In this document: one piece after another, positions 17,958 through 26,726 of the stretch
Layout of the letters: every line of letters begins with the position of its first letter
Position numbering within the stretch: position 1 is the stretch's first letter
Assembly (NCBI GenBank): GCA_029564025.1
Contig: JAKQQT010000507.1
Span: 1 to 42,029 of the forward strand
DNA length: 42,029 bases
Direction of reading: 5' to 3'
From: Armatimonadota bacterium
GTDB lineage: Bacteria > Armatimonadota > DTGP01 > JAKQQT01
Notes under the pieces: generated by a model
Databases searched by the model: none
What the model saw: only the letters and a program-made list of their open reading frames with translations
What the model was told of the DNA's origin: nothing
Translations under genes and position numbers: made by a program

Positions 17958-17967
17958 GTTGTAAAAT
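17938..17967 (+). promoter_or_regulatory. Sigma70-type promoter of tRNA-Ala
   Basis: TTGACC (17938-43)-N18-TAAAAT (17962-67), 9 nt before the tRNA 5' end. Confidence 0.65.
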
Positions 17968-17976
17968 CTGTGTGCT

Positions 17977-18052
17977 GGGCCTGTGGCGCAGTTGGGAGCG
18001 CGCCTCAATGGCATTGAGGAGGCCAAGGGTTCGAATCCCTTCAGGTCCACCA
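17977..18052 (+). tRNA. tRNA-Ala (anticodon GGC)
   Basis: 76-nt cloverleaf: acceptor GGGCCTG/CAGGTCC with G3:U70, anticodon arm CCTCA-ATGGCAT-TGAGG, T arm AAGGG-TTCGAAT-CCCTT, encoded CCA. Confidence 0.97.
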
Positions 18053-18064
18053 CCGGACTGTATC

Positions 18065-18094
18065 GACCCCGCCCGGAAGGGCGGGGTCTTTTTT
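18065..18094 (+). terminator. Rho-independent terminator of tRNA-Ala
   Basis: GACCCCGCCC-GGAA-GGGCGGGGTC followed by T6. Confidence 0.92.
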
Positions 18095-18112
18095 GTTTTG
18101 GAGGTTCGCACG

Positions 18113-19069
18113 ATGCGGGAAATCCAATTTGCGGGAAACCCGACGTTCCTGGTCACCGGCGGCGGCGGTTTCATCGGCTCGCACATAGCCGAAACGCTGG
18201 TCGGCATGGGGCATACCGTGCGCGTGCTGGATGACTTCAGCACCGGACACATGTCCAACATCCCGCCCGGGTGCGATGTGATCGAGGGCAGTATCACGGA
18301 TTTGGAAGTCGTGCGCTCCGCCGTGGACGGCATCGATTACATACTCCACCAGGCGGCTATTCCCAGTGTGCCGCGCAGTGTGAAAGACCCTCTGGCTTCG
18401 CACAACGCTAACGTTGACGGCACGCTGAATCTTCTCCTTGCCGCGCGCGACGCGAAAGTCCGCCGTCTTGTTTACGCATCGTCCTCCAGTGTCTACGGAG
18501 ACATGCCGACATTGCCGAAGGTCGAAACGATGCCCCCGCGCCCGAAGTCGCCGTACGCTTTGCAGAAACTGACCGCCGAGGAGTACTGCCGCATTTTCTT
18601 CGATGTGTACGGGCTTGAGACAGTGAGCCTGCGCTATTTCAATGTCTTCGGTCCGAGGCAGGATCCGAAGAGTTACTACACCGGCGTCATCGCCAAGTTC
18701 GCCACGGCACTGCTGACAGGGCAGACGCCCACCATCTTCGGAGACGGTTTCCACAGCAGGGACTTCACCTTCGTCAGCAACAACGTGCGCGCCAATCTGC
18801 TGGCTTGCACCGCGCCCGCCTCGGCCGCCGGGCAGACGATGAACGTCGCGTGCGGCGACCGAATCACGCTCAGGCAACTGCTGGACAGCATACAGGAGAT
18901 TCTGGGCACCGGCGTTCAGCCGGAATACGGCCCCGAACGTGAAGGGGACGTGCGCGACAGCCAGGCGGACATCAACAAGGCGCGGGAACTGATCGGTTAC
19001 GAACCGGCGGTCGGCTTCATCGACGGTCTTCGAACGACGATGGAGTGGTACCGAAAAACGCTGGCCTGA
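18113..19069 (+). CDS. NAD-dependent nucleotide-sugar epimerase (UDP-Glc/GlcNAc 4-epimerase, WbpP-like)
   Basis: LVTGGGGFIGSH, HQAAIPSVPRSV, YASSSSVYG, YALQK (YxxxK), LRYFNVFGPRQDP, RDFTFV. Start ATG 18113 after GGAGG; the ORF-track start runs through the tRNA. Confidence 0.92.
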   Translation: MREIQFAGNPTFLVTGGGGFIGSHIAETLVGMGHTVRVLDDFSTGHMSNIPPGCDVIEGSITDLEVVRSAVDGIDYILHQAAIPSVPRSVKDPLASHNANVDGTLNLLLAARDAKVRRLVYASSSSVYGDMPTLPKVETMPPRPKSPYALQKLTAEEYCRIFFDVYGLETVSLRYFNVFGPRQDPKSYYTGVIAKFATALLTGQTPTIFGDGFHSRDFTFVSNNVRANLLACTAPASAAGQTMNVACGDRITLRQLLDSIQEILGTGVQPEYGPEREGDVRDSQADINKARELIGYEPAVGFIDGLRTTMEWYRKTLA

Positions 19070-19165
19070 CCGGTTGTGCGCGGCGTGTCGTCAAAGACGC
19101 TATAGTTATAGAAAAGCCGCCTTTCATAAGTTGCCATTGCCAGCACGGCGGCCGACCTACGCTCA

Positions 19166-20692
19166 ATGATGAACCGAAATCTGTTTGGCGGCCTCATTCT
19201 GGCCGTGTCCCTCATGGTCTTTTCAACCGCGTGTGTCCGCGCCCAGATCATCGCAGACCGCGTGTACGGTCAACCGGACTTTGCCACCGCCCTGCCGGGC
19301 AACTCCGCCGTTCCGCCCAATGCGCGCATCAACCTGCCGTATGACGTGGCGGCCGGGCCTGAAGGTGTGTACATTTCGGACAACTATTACCACCGAGTCC
19401 TTTTCTTTCCGGGCGAGGCCGTGGAAGCCACGGCTGTTTACGGCCAGCCGAACTTCGAAAGCCTCAGCCCCAACAACGGCGGCGTAAGCGCCAACAGCCT
19501 GAACTACCCCTGGGGTGTGGCGCGCGACAGTTTCGGTGTCTACATTGCGGACGGCAACAACAACCGAGTGCTCTTCTACCCGCACGGTTCCACCACCGCC
19601 ACGCGTGTTTACGGCCAACCTTCGTTCACCTCAAACAAGGCCAACTACTACGGTTTGAACGAGAACTCGCTGTTCGGCCCGTCCTTCCTGGCTACGGACG
19701 GGACAGGCGGCCTGTACGTGGCGGATACCGGCAACAACCGCGTTCTCTTTTTTCCGCCGAACAGCACCACGGCGACGAAGGTCTGGGGCCAGCCGAAGTT
19801 CACGACGAACTACCAGGGCGCCAGCGATACCGCGGTATCTTCCCCGCGCGGGATTGCGGTCGACTCGGAAGGCCTTTATGTGGTGGATTACAATAACCAC
19901 CGGGCGTTGTTCTTCCCGCACGGTTCGACAACCGCCACACGCGTCTACGGACAGCCGGATTTCACATCGTTTTTCCCGAACGATGGAGGATGCGGACCCA
20001 ACACCCTGCAACAACCGCTGGGATGCGCCGTGGACGAGACGGGATTTTATGTGGACGACTATCTGAACAGCCGGGCGCTGTTCTGGCCGCACGGCAGTAA
20101 TGTCGCCTCGGTGGTTTACGGTCAGACGGATTTCACCACGGTGCGCCTTAACTGGAATGGAGTCACGCCGTACGGGTTCTACGCGCCGCGCTCGGTCACA
20201 ACGGATGCCACCGGCGTTTATGTTTGCGATTTTGGCGGACGGGTGCTGAGGTTTCCGAAAACCACAACCCCGATGGCGGCGAGTGTTTCGTTCTTGACGG
20301 CTCCAGTTGGCGCGCGCGCGGGGCAACCATTTGAGGTCCAGCCTTCGGCTGTTGTACGTTATTCCAACGGCGCGCAAGCGACAAACTACACAGGTAATGT
20401 GCGCATACGCATCAAGCCGGGTTCCGGTCCGTCGTGCGGAACGTTGCTCGGAACGACCACCGTGTCGGCGGTTGCCGGAATCGCGACGTTTACCAACCTC
20501 GCCATCGACAAGCCCGGAACATACGAATTGATGGTCACCACGGCCACCTTTCCCATTCCGGAAACGGTGTCTGTCACAATTGGCGCGGCGCCGGGAGAAT
20601 CGCTGGCAGGTGATGTGAACGGAGACGGTTTCTTCAATGTCGCCGATGTAGCCGCCACTCTGAAAATCGCCGCGGGGTTGTCAACACCATGA
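19166..20692 (+). CDS. Secreted NHL-repeat beta-propeller protein with Ig-like domain and a single dockerin-type repeat
   Basis: Signal peptide; about six repeats of YxxDxxNNRVLF.P...ATRVYGQPxF; Ig-like GIATFTNLAIDKPGTYEL; tail GDVNGDGFFNVADVAATLKIAAGL. Confidence 0.85.
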   Translation: MMNRNLFGGLILAVSLMVFSTACVRAQIIADRVYGQPDFATALPGNSAVPPNARINLPYDVAAGPEGVYISDNYYHRVLFFPGEAVEATAVYGQPNFESLSPNNGGVSANSLNYPWGVARDSFGVYIADGNNNRVLFYPHGSTTATRVYGQPSFTSNKANYYGLNENSLFGPSFLATDGTGGLYVADTGNNRVLFFPPNSTTATKVWGQPKFTTNYQGASDTAVSSPRGIAVDSEGLYVVDYNNHRALFFPHGSTTATRVYGQPDFTSFFPNDGGCGPNTLQQPLGCAVDETGFYVDDYLNSRALFWPHGSNVASVVYGQTDFTTVRLNWNGVTPYGFYAPRSVTTDATGVYVCDFGGRVLRFPKTTTPMAASVSFLTAPVGARAGQPFEVQPSAVVRYSNGAQATNYTGNVRIRIKPGSGPSCGTLLGTTTVSAVAGIATFTNLAIDKPGTYELMVTTATFPIPETVSVTIGAAPGESLAGDVNGDGFFNVADVAATLKIAAGLSTP

Positions 20693-22209
20693 ACTTCCGA
20701 ACAGCATCTACCGCTCTTGCCGTGCTTATCTTCGCCGCACCGGGGCAAGCCCTGGTGATGCCCGACCGCGTTTACGGACAACCGAACCTGAACGTGGTGA
20801 TTTCCAACAACCCGGACCTTCCACCCAATGGCCGGATGGTGTCTCCCAGGGGTGTCGCGGTAACCGAAGAGGGTGTTTACATCAGCGATGAGATGCTGAA
20901 TCGCGTGCTGTTTATGCCGGGTGGCTCTATCCTCGCCTCGCGGGTGTACGGACAGCCGGATTACTCAAGCACGTTTTACAACCACTACGGGCTCAATGCG
21001 TCCAGCCTGTCCCGTCCGGCAGAGGTGGAAGCCAACGATTCCGGCGTTATCATCGCGGACTGGCGAAACTCGCGCGCTCTTTTTTACCGTCCCGGTGAAA
21101 CCACAGCCAGCCGGGTATTCGGCCAACCGGGCTTTGGTTCCTCATGTCCCCAGTGGGATGGCATTTCTCCCAACAGCCTCACGTATCCTGAAAACGTATC
21201 GCTGGACGCCAACGGAGGGGCCTACGTAACTGACTCGTTCATCTGCCGGGTGCTGTATTACCCGCCGGGCAGTTCGTGGGCCACTCGTGTGTACGGCGCC
21301 GAAACCCTTTACAGCATGTTCACGGGATCGAATGAGAAGTGGATGAACAGCGCGGCAGGAACTGCCGTTTCGGCCGATGGGGTATACATTGCCGACCGCG
21401 CAAACCACCGGGTGCTGTTTTATCCTCACGGAAGCCAGTCGGCCACACGCGTCTACGGGCAACCGAACTTCACCGCGCACGTCGTGAACAACGGCGGAAT
21501 CAGCGCCAACTCGCTGTACTACCCGACGGATGTTGCCCTCGACAAGGACGGTGTGTACATCAGCGACACATACAACAAGCGCGTGCTGTTCTACCCCGGA
21601 ACCAGCACCACGGCTACCATCGTATACGGACAACCGAGCCTGAACACGGTGGTTAACTCGTCAGCGCCGGGAGACGGTATCCTCTCCGATGCCCGCGCAA
21701 TTGCGGTGGACGAATTCGCCGTCTACGTTGTGGAAACTTACCGCGCCCGGGTGGTCCGGTACCCCAAGGTGGGTGTGAATGTGCCAAGATCGTTTGAGTT
21801 CACGGGCCAACCCGGAACGGCCAAGGCAGGGGAATCCCTTTCGGAATCACCATTGGTCGTTGTAAGGAAAGCAGACGGAACCATCGCCTCGGACTTCAAC
21901 GGATTCGTCCGTGTGAAACTTGCCTCAGGTGTTGGACCTTCGTGCGCCAAACTGCTCGGAACAACGAAGTTTCCGGTGATAAACGGTGTCGCCGTGCTTG
22001 ATGATGTGCGGGTGGACACACCGGGAACGTATAAGCTGACCGCCAGTGTGGGAACGCTGACAGAGCACGACAGCGCGGAGTTCACCATCACCGCGCCGGA
22101 CCACGCGTTCAACCCGGCGGACGCCGACCACAGCGGATCCGTGACGATCACCGATGCGGTTCTGCTGTTGCGCGCATTCGCCGGTCTTGACGGCCTGACG
22201 AACGGCTGA
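20689..22209 (+). CDS. Secreted NHL-repeat beta-propeller paralog with Ig-like domain and a single dockerin-type repeat
   Basis: ATGA overlap with the upstream paralog; same RVLFYP...ATRVYGQP repeats; GVAVLDDVRVDTPGTYKL; tail ADADHSGSVTITDAVLLLRAFAGL. Confidence 0.85.
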   Translation: MNFRTASTALAVLIFAAPGQALVMPDRVYGQPNLNVVISNNPDLPPNGRMVSPRGVAVTEEGVYISDEMLNRVLFMPGGSILASRVYGQPDYSSTFYNHYGLNASSLSRPAEVEANDSGVIIADWRNSRALFYRPGETTASRVFGQPGFGSSCPQWDGISPNSLTYPENVSLDANGGAYVTDSFICRVLYYPPGSSWATRVYGAETLYSMFTGSNEKWMNSAAGTAVSADGVYIADRANHRVLFYPHGSQSATRVYGQPNFTAHVVNNGGISANSLYYPTDVALDKDGVYISDTYNKRVLFYPGTSTTATIVYGQPSLNTVVNSSAPGDGILSDARAIAVDEFAVYVVETYRARVVRYPKVGVNVPRSFEFTGQPGTAKAGESLSESPLVVVRKADGTIASDFNGFVRVKLASGVGPSCAKLLGTTKFPVINGVAVLDDVRVDTPGTYKLTASVGTLTEHDSAEFTITAPDHAFNPADADHSGSVTITDAVLLLRAFAGLDGLTNG

Positions 22210-22353
22210 TCCTTCCCCAACAAGCCTGCGCCTCCCGACGCCGTTTGTTCGCGCGGCTTTCGACATGCCTTATCATGAAGATGATTCCATGCGCCCGGAG
22301 GCTTTGTAAGGAGCATACTGGCGCACCGTCACACGGCATGGAGGCAAGTTCAC

Positions 22354-25300
22354 ATGCGACGCACCGTTACGTTCACCTGGCGCCTGGCGCTTTTGTCCGC
22401 TCTGGGCATGATGCTGATGGGACAATCCGCCCGCGCTCAGACATGGGCCGACCTCTATTACAGGAACCGTCTGCCTTTCACAATCAACAACACATCCGGA
22501 CGGGCCTTCGCCGCGTCCGAACTGGCAACCGCAACTATTCCGGCATCGCTGACCGGGGACCTCGTTCGGCCCGACGGTTCGGACATTGCCGTATATTACG
22601 ACCAGACTCCCCTGCCAACCAAGGCCATGCCGATGGGCGGCTGTGTGAAGGTTGTGTTTCCCCTGCAGTCAGCGCTGGCCACGGGTACTTCCCAGTCGGG
22701 GTACACCCTTTATTTCAATGGCTACACGGGTTTCACCCCTCCGGCCGTACCGGCCGGAATCGTCTCCTATGATTTCCGCGATGGCAATCTGCACGGTTGG
22801 AAGAGCCTTCAGGATCCCGCCAATACGGGCCAGTCGGGCTCCGATGTGGTAATCGCCCCGGATCCGCAGGACGGCGAAACCTCGATGCTGTTGCAGGCAA
22901 CCAAGTACCATCACCCGATGGCCTATGCGGACGAGATGACTCCCGTGGGCGACGCGACGATGTACTTCGCCGGCCGAGCTTACGAGGGGCAGAAGGAAGT
23001 TGCGCCGATTCAACGATTCAATACCCAGGTCCTGATGGACTCGGAAGGCGCACAGTACGTAACCGGCGCTGATATCCCGGGTGTTGGTATTGCATTGGAC
23101 TCGTACGGTTCCTATGCCATGGGAATCATGACTACCCTGGGCGCGGAAGAGGGGACGCCGGCCCGGCGGCATCCGGGCCCGGAGATAATCATCGAGGGAT
23201 ACCCGTACACCGTTAACTCGCCAAACGTGCAATACGCGACCGTTGCGACGCGGTTGAAATCCGGAACCACCTGGTTCGCCGCGGACTGGTGGCAGGCGCA
23301 GAACAGGTTCGGAAACAGCGATCCTGTTGCCGGGGGATACCGGTTGAGCGTCAACACGGCGTCCAAGATCGGCGTTCAACCAATGCCGGAAGGCAAATTG
23401 GCGCTGATGCAGTACTACACCCCGGTCTACGTGAAGTGGATGTGCCTCGTACCCGGCGGTTGGTCGGACGACGTAACGACAACCACGGGAAGCGTGGAAT
23501 CCGCCCCCGGATTGCCGCCGGGCGCGGCTGTGATCCGCGGGATTGTGTACGATTCAACCGGCGGACCGGTGTTCACAATTGCGGACGCCACCGTTACCAT
23601 CAAGGACCAGAGCAACAACACCGTTGCCACCCTTACCACGGATGTAAACGGAAAATACGAGGCACTGGTTACGGCGACAGCCACACCGCAAATCTTCACG
23701 ATATCCGCCGTGAAGGGTGAGGCCACAGGCAGTGTCCAGCAGAACGTGACGGAAAGCGTGGAATACCAGATCGACCTGGGTATAACGTATCCAAACTTCG
23801 TCACGGGAATCATCAGCGACCCGCTGGGACGGCCCATTTCGGGAGCGGCGGTCGGATTCATGCTGGACGGCGGTCCGTACGTTTACACCGGAGCCAACGG
23901 CGTTTACGTTATACCGGTTCCCATCGGAACAGCCGTCCTTGGCGCACACAAGGATGGGCGCCTGATGGCCGGTCCGAAGTGGGTGAACACGGCTCGCGGC
24001 ACGGTGACCCAGCACATGACGAGTTTCCCGGCGATTACCAATATCATCGCGGGTATGACACCCAATCCGGTGCCGGGAGGAACAGGAACCGGCAACCTGA
24101 CTGACGGCATGTACAGCACGTACTGGGAGAGCGGTTCGGTGGCCGGGGTATCGCCCACAACGCCGATTCGCATCTCATTCCCGCTGACAAATGCCACGAT
24201 CACCGAAGTGGTCGTCCACTGGAAGAACCATCCGACAGCCTGGCATATCGAACTGACCAACCAGGTGACGAATTCCAGCGGACGAAATCCTTACAACGAT
24301 ACCCGTACGTACTACAACGCGGGTGAGAACGGACCGATCGAGCGCGGTGGATATACACCGCCCGGTTCTTCAGACCGCACCGTCGTACCAATGAAGACCG
24401 CGCGCGTGACCGGCGTGAGCATGCTGTCCATCGTTATCACCGGCGTGGCCGACAGCAATCCGGTATCGATATATGAAATCGAAGTCCGCAAGCCGGAATC
24501 ATCGCTGGAAGACGCGGCGGCGGCCTTGATGGTTGCCGCGGGATTGATGCGCGCTCCGACAGACATCGATATTCAAACCCGTTGGGCATCCTATCGGGAA
24601 TCGAAGAACATCGATGTCGCCACGGCCGTGCGCCTTGCCAGGGACACGCCACTGGAATACCGTGCGTTGCGGGTTCTGGCCATCAACTACGAACCGATTA
24701 TCGAGTCTGAAGGCAACAAGAAAGTACGCTTGGTGTTCGGGTGGAACAACCCCATCACGAATAATGAGAACCACCGCAAGGATATGGAACTCGCCAGCAA
24801 CGGTTATCTGCGGATTTACATGTTGCCACAGTTCATCCTGGACGAATGGCCTCTGCACCTCGATGGAACGCGCTACACCGACGCCCAGTACCTGGCGGAA
24901 ACCCGCGCGGGGAACTGGACGAAGGTTGGCGGAGACTACAACGCCATCATCCGGCAGTTCGACCTGGTGCGCCGCGTTGACGTGGGGGACGTGGACGAAA
25001 TCTGGTTGCAAGGCATACCGGGCCTCGGCTGGTGGGAAACCACCATGGCCGGCAAAAACGCCTACTGGTGCAACTCCGGACCCGTGCCCGGCCAGACCGG
25101 CAACCGCCTGTTTATCCTCAGTGGATTCAACTACGAACGCGGCAACGACTGTATGCTTGAAGATTGGGGGCACCGCTCCGAAAGTATCCTCGGCTTCAAG
25201 GTCTACGGCGGATGGAATGCGGCCAGCGAACGCACGCTGTTCGACAAGTTCACCAGGTTCGAGAAAATCACACCGGGCAAGGCTTCGTGCGGCAACGTTC

Positions 25301-25587
25301 ACTATCCGCCGAACGGGACATCCGACTACGACTTCGCGAACACGACATACGTGTCCAGCGATGCGGACGACTGGCTGAACTACCCGAACTATCCGAGCGA
25401 GGGCGCGCCCCGGAAGATGATCAACCGAAGCGCCTGGGCGACACCGTACACCGGCGACTACCACCGCAACTACCACATCTGGTGGTTCAAGCGCTTCCCG
25501 CACGTGGCCGGCGTAGCCACCGACGGGCGACAGCACAACTGGTGGAAGTACGTGGTGTTCCTGAACGAACAACCCGAAAGCCGCTAG
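22354..25587 (+). CDS. Secreted 1077-aa multidomain protein (DUF2341-like N-terminus, carboxypeptidase-regulatory-like domains, discoidin/CBM32-like domain, degenerate dockerin, C-terminal zincin-like domain)
   Basis: Signal peptide ending ARA; WADLYYRNRLPFTINN...PDGSDIAVY; IRGIVYD...IADATVTI...TTDVNGKY; VTGIISD..GRPISGAAV; NLTDGMYSTYWES; LEDAAAALMVAAGL...IDVATAVRLAR; GFNYERGNDCMLEDWGHRSES. The domain names are pattern-based. Confidence 0.75.
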   Translation: MRRTVTFTWRLALLSALGMMLMGQSARAQTWADLYYRNRLPFTINNTSGRAFAASELATATIPASLTGDLVRPDGSDIAVYYDQTPLPTKAMPMGGCVKVVFPLQSALATGTSQSGYTLYFNGYTGFTPPAVPAGIVSYDFRDGNLHGWKSLQDPANTGQSGSDVVIAPDPQDGETSMLLQATKYHHPMAYADEMTPVGDATMYFAGRAYEGQKEVAPIQRFNTQVLMDSEGAQYVTGADIPGVGIALDSYGSYAMGIMTTLGAEEGTPARRHPGPEIIIEGYPYTVNSPNVQYATVATRLKSGTTWFAADWWQAQNRFGNSDPVAGGYRLSVNTASKIGVQPMPEGKLALMQYYTPVYVKWMCLVPGGWSDDVTTTTGSVESAPGLPPGAAVIRGIVYDSTGGPVFTIADATVTIKDQSNNTVATLTTDVNGKYEALVTATATPQIFTISAVKGEATGSVQQNVTESVEYQIDLGITYPNFVTGIISDPLGRPISGAAVGFMLDGGPYVYTGANGVYVIPVPIGTAVLGAHKDGRLMAGPKWVNTARGTVTQHMTSFPAITNIIAGMTPNPVPGGTGTGNLTDGMYSTYWESGSVAGVSPTTPIRISFPLTNATITEVVVHWKNHPTAWHIELTNQVTNSSGRNPYNDTRTYYNAGENGPIERGGYTPPGSSDRTVVPMKTARVTGVSMLSIVITGVADSNPVSIYEIEVRKPESSLEDAAAALMVAAGLMRAPTDIDIQTRWASYRESKNIDVATAVRLARDTPLEYRALRVLAINYEPIIESEGNKKVRLVFGWNNPITNNENHRKDMELASNGYLRIYMLPQFILDEWPLHLDGTRYTDAQYLAETRAGNWTKVGGDYNAIIRQFDLVRRVDVGDVDEIWLQGIPGLGWWETTMAGKNAYWCNSGPVPGQTGNRLFILSGFNYERGNDCMLEDWGHRSESILGFKVYGGWNAASERTLFDKFTRFEKITPGKASCGNVHYPPNGTSDYDFANTTYVSSDADDWLNYPNYPSEGAPRKMINRSAWATPYTGDYHRNYHIWWFKRFPHVAGVATDGRQHNWWKYVVFLNEQPESR

Positions 25588-25617
25588 GCTTTCGACACGT
25601 AAGGCTGGTTAGGTACA

Positions 25618-25640
25618 TAGGGGCCCGTACGGGCCCCTAC
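25618..25640 (-). repeat. Perfect 22-bp palindrome, GTAG-tagged REP-like, between convergent genes
   Basis: TAGGGGCCCGTACGGGCCCCTA (25618-25639). The minus strand begins GTAGGGGC, as does the element at 4305. Confidence 0.6.
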
Positions 25641-25656
25641 TGTGTTTTTGGGGAAA

Positions 25657-26661
25657 CTATCGGATGCCCAACGCCTCGGCGAGCGAATCGATGCGACGGA
25701 GTTCGGTCTGCAGATGCCCGGTCGATGCGCCGTCGAGGTAGTGCGGCATCTGGAGAAGACGGACGGACCACTCGTAAGCCGCGGCGGCCAGGCGTATCCG
25801 GTTCATCGGTACGTCCTGACCGAGGCTTTTGCCGAGTTTCTGATGGTAGACAATCAGCATATTGTCCAGCGGCACGCGCCCGTCCGGGTGATTGACACGC
25901 AGGTACATGAAGGCGATGTCCTCCGGGCCGCGTCCGATGCGCACCCCCTGCCAGTCTGTCCACACGAAAACGCCTGTTCCGTCCTGTCTCACGTTCCCGA
26001 TGTGGCAATCGCCGTGTATCAAGGTTTCGGGCAACGCCTCCAGGTGAGCCTGTGTGGCGGCGACGCTATCGATCCGTTTATCGATGATCTGGAGGCGTTC
26101 GGTGGTCAGAATGTCCTTGAAATGCGCCTTGCCGGCGAGGTGGTTCCAGCAAAGCCGGGCGTGTTGCGGCATGTCCTCCGCCTCGATGAATGAGGGTGTG
26201 CCGGAGAAGCCCAGCGCGCGAAGTTCATCGCCGCGGTTCCATAAGGCGGCGTGAAAGCGGGCCAGATCCTCGGCCGCCCGAAGGAAGTGGTCCCGTGTCC
26301 AACCCTCCAGGGGCGGAGCGGCGGGACAATCCTCCATCAGCACGGCGGTTATCTGCTTCTTATCCAGGCAAACGGCGTCCACGCGGGGTACGCGAACCGG
26401 CATACGTTCAGCAAGCATCCCGTAAAACAGCGCCTCGCGCCGGGCGCCCTCCGGATTTCCCTTCGAATCACCGGTCCGCTTCGCCTTCAGGATGCGCGTG
26501 GAACCATCGGCAAGATAGACGCGGAATCCGCCGGTGCCCCAGGGATTTTCCCCGATTACGTCAATGCGGTGAACGGATGCGGACTGGATGCCCAGCACAT
26601 CGAGAGCCTGCGAGGCAATATCGACGGAGGTGGAATGGCTGTTGGGTTCGGCGTTGCTCAT
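25657..26661 (-). CDS. Aminoglycoside phosphotransferase / choline-kinase-like family protein
   Basis: ILKAK, REALFY, LMED, LARFHA, TLIHGDCHIGN (Brenner motif), DWQ. Probable start ATG 26661. Confidence 0.85.
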   Translation of the reverse strand: MSNAEPNSHSTSVDIASQALDVLGIQSASVHRIDVIGENPWGTGGFRVYLADGSTRILKAKRTGDSKGNPEGARREALFYGMLAERMPVRVPRVDAVCLDKKQITAVLMEDCPAAPPLEGWTRDHFLRAAEDLARFHAALWNRGDELRALGFSGTPSFIEAEDMPQHARLCWNHLAGKAHFKDILTTERLQIIDKRIDSVAATQAHLEALPETLIHGDCHIGNVRQDGTGVFVWTDWQGVRIGRGPEDIAFMYLRVNHPDGRVPLDNMLIVYHQKLGKSLGQDVPMNRIRLAAAAYEWSVRLLQMPHYLDGASTGHLQTELRRIDSLAEALGIR

Positions 26662-26726
26662 TGCGATTTGCCCGTATGCGTTCAGCGGGTTTCTGAGCGA
26701 AAGGGAGTAATAACGGTGTTCACTCC

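Noticed and set aside
17977-18052. tRNA-Ala as an integration site of a genomic island carrying the surface genes
   Set aside because: No integrase and no duplicated tRNA 3' end were seen in the window.
17972-18112. N-terminal extension of the epimerase ORF
   Set aside because: It translates the tRNA and its terminator; the SD supports ATG 18113.
12200-21700. Recurrent nucleotide words (GGCAAC, ATCGGC, TACGG.CA.CCG) as a CRISPR or DNA repeat array
   Set aside because: They are codon-level echoes of beta-helix and NHL protein repeats; there are no identical repeats with unique spacers.
25657-26661. Aminoglycoside resistance gene
   Set aside because: Only superfamily-level kinase motifs are present, with no mobile context.
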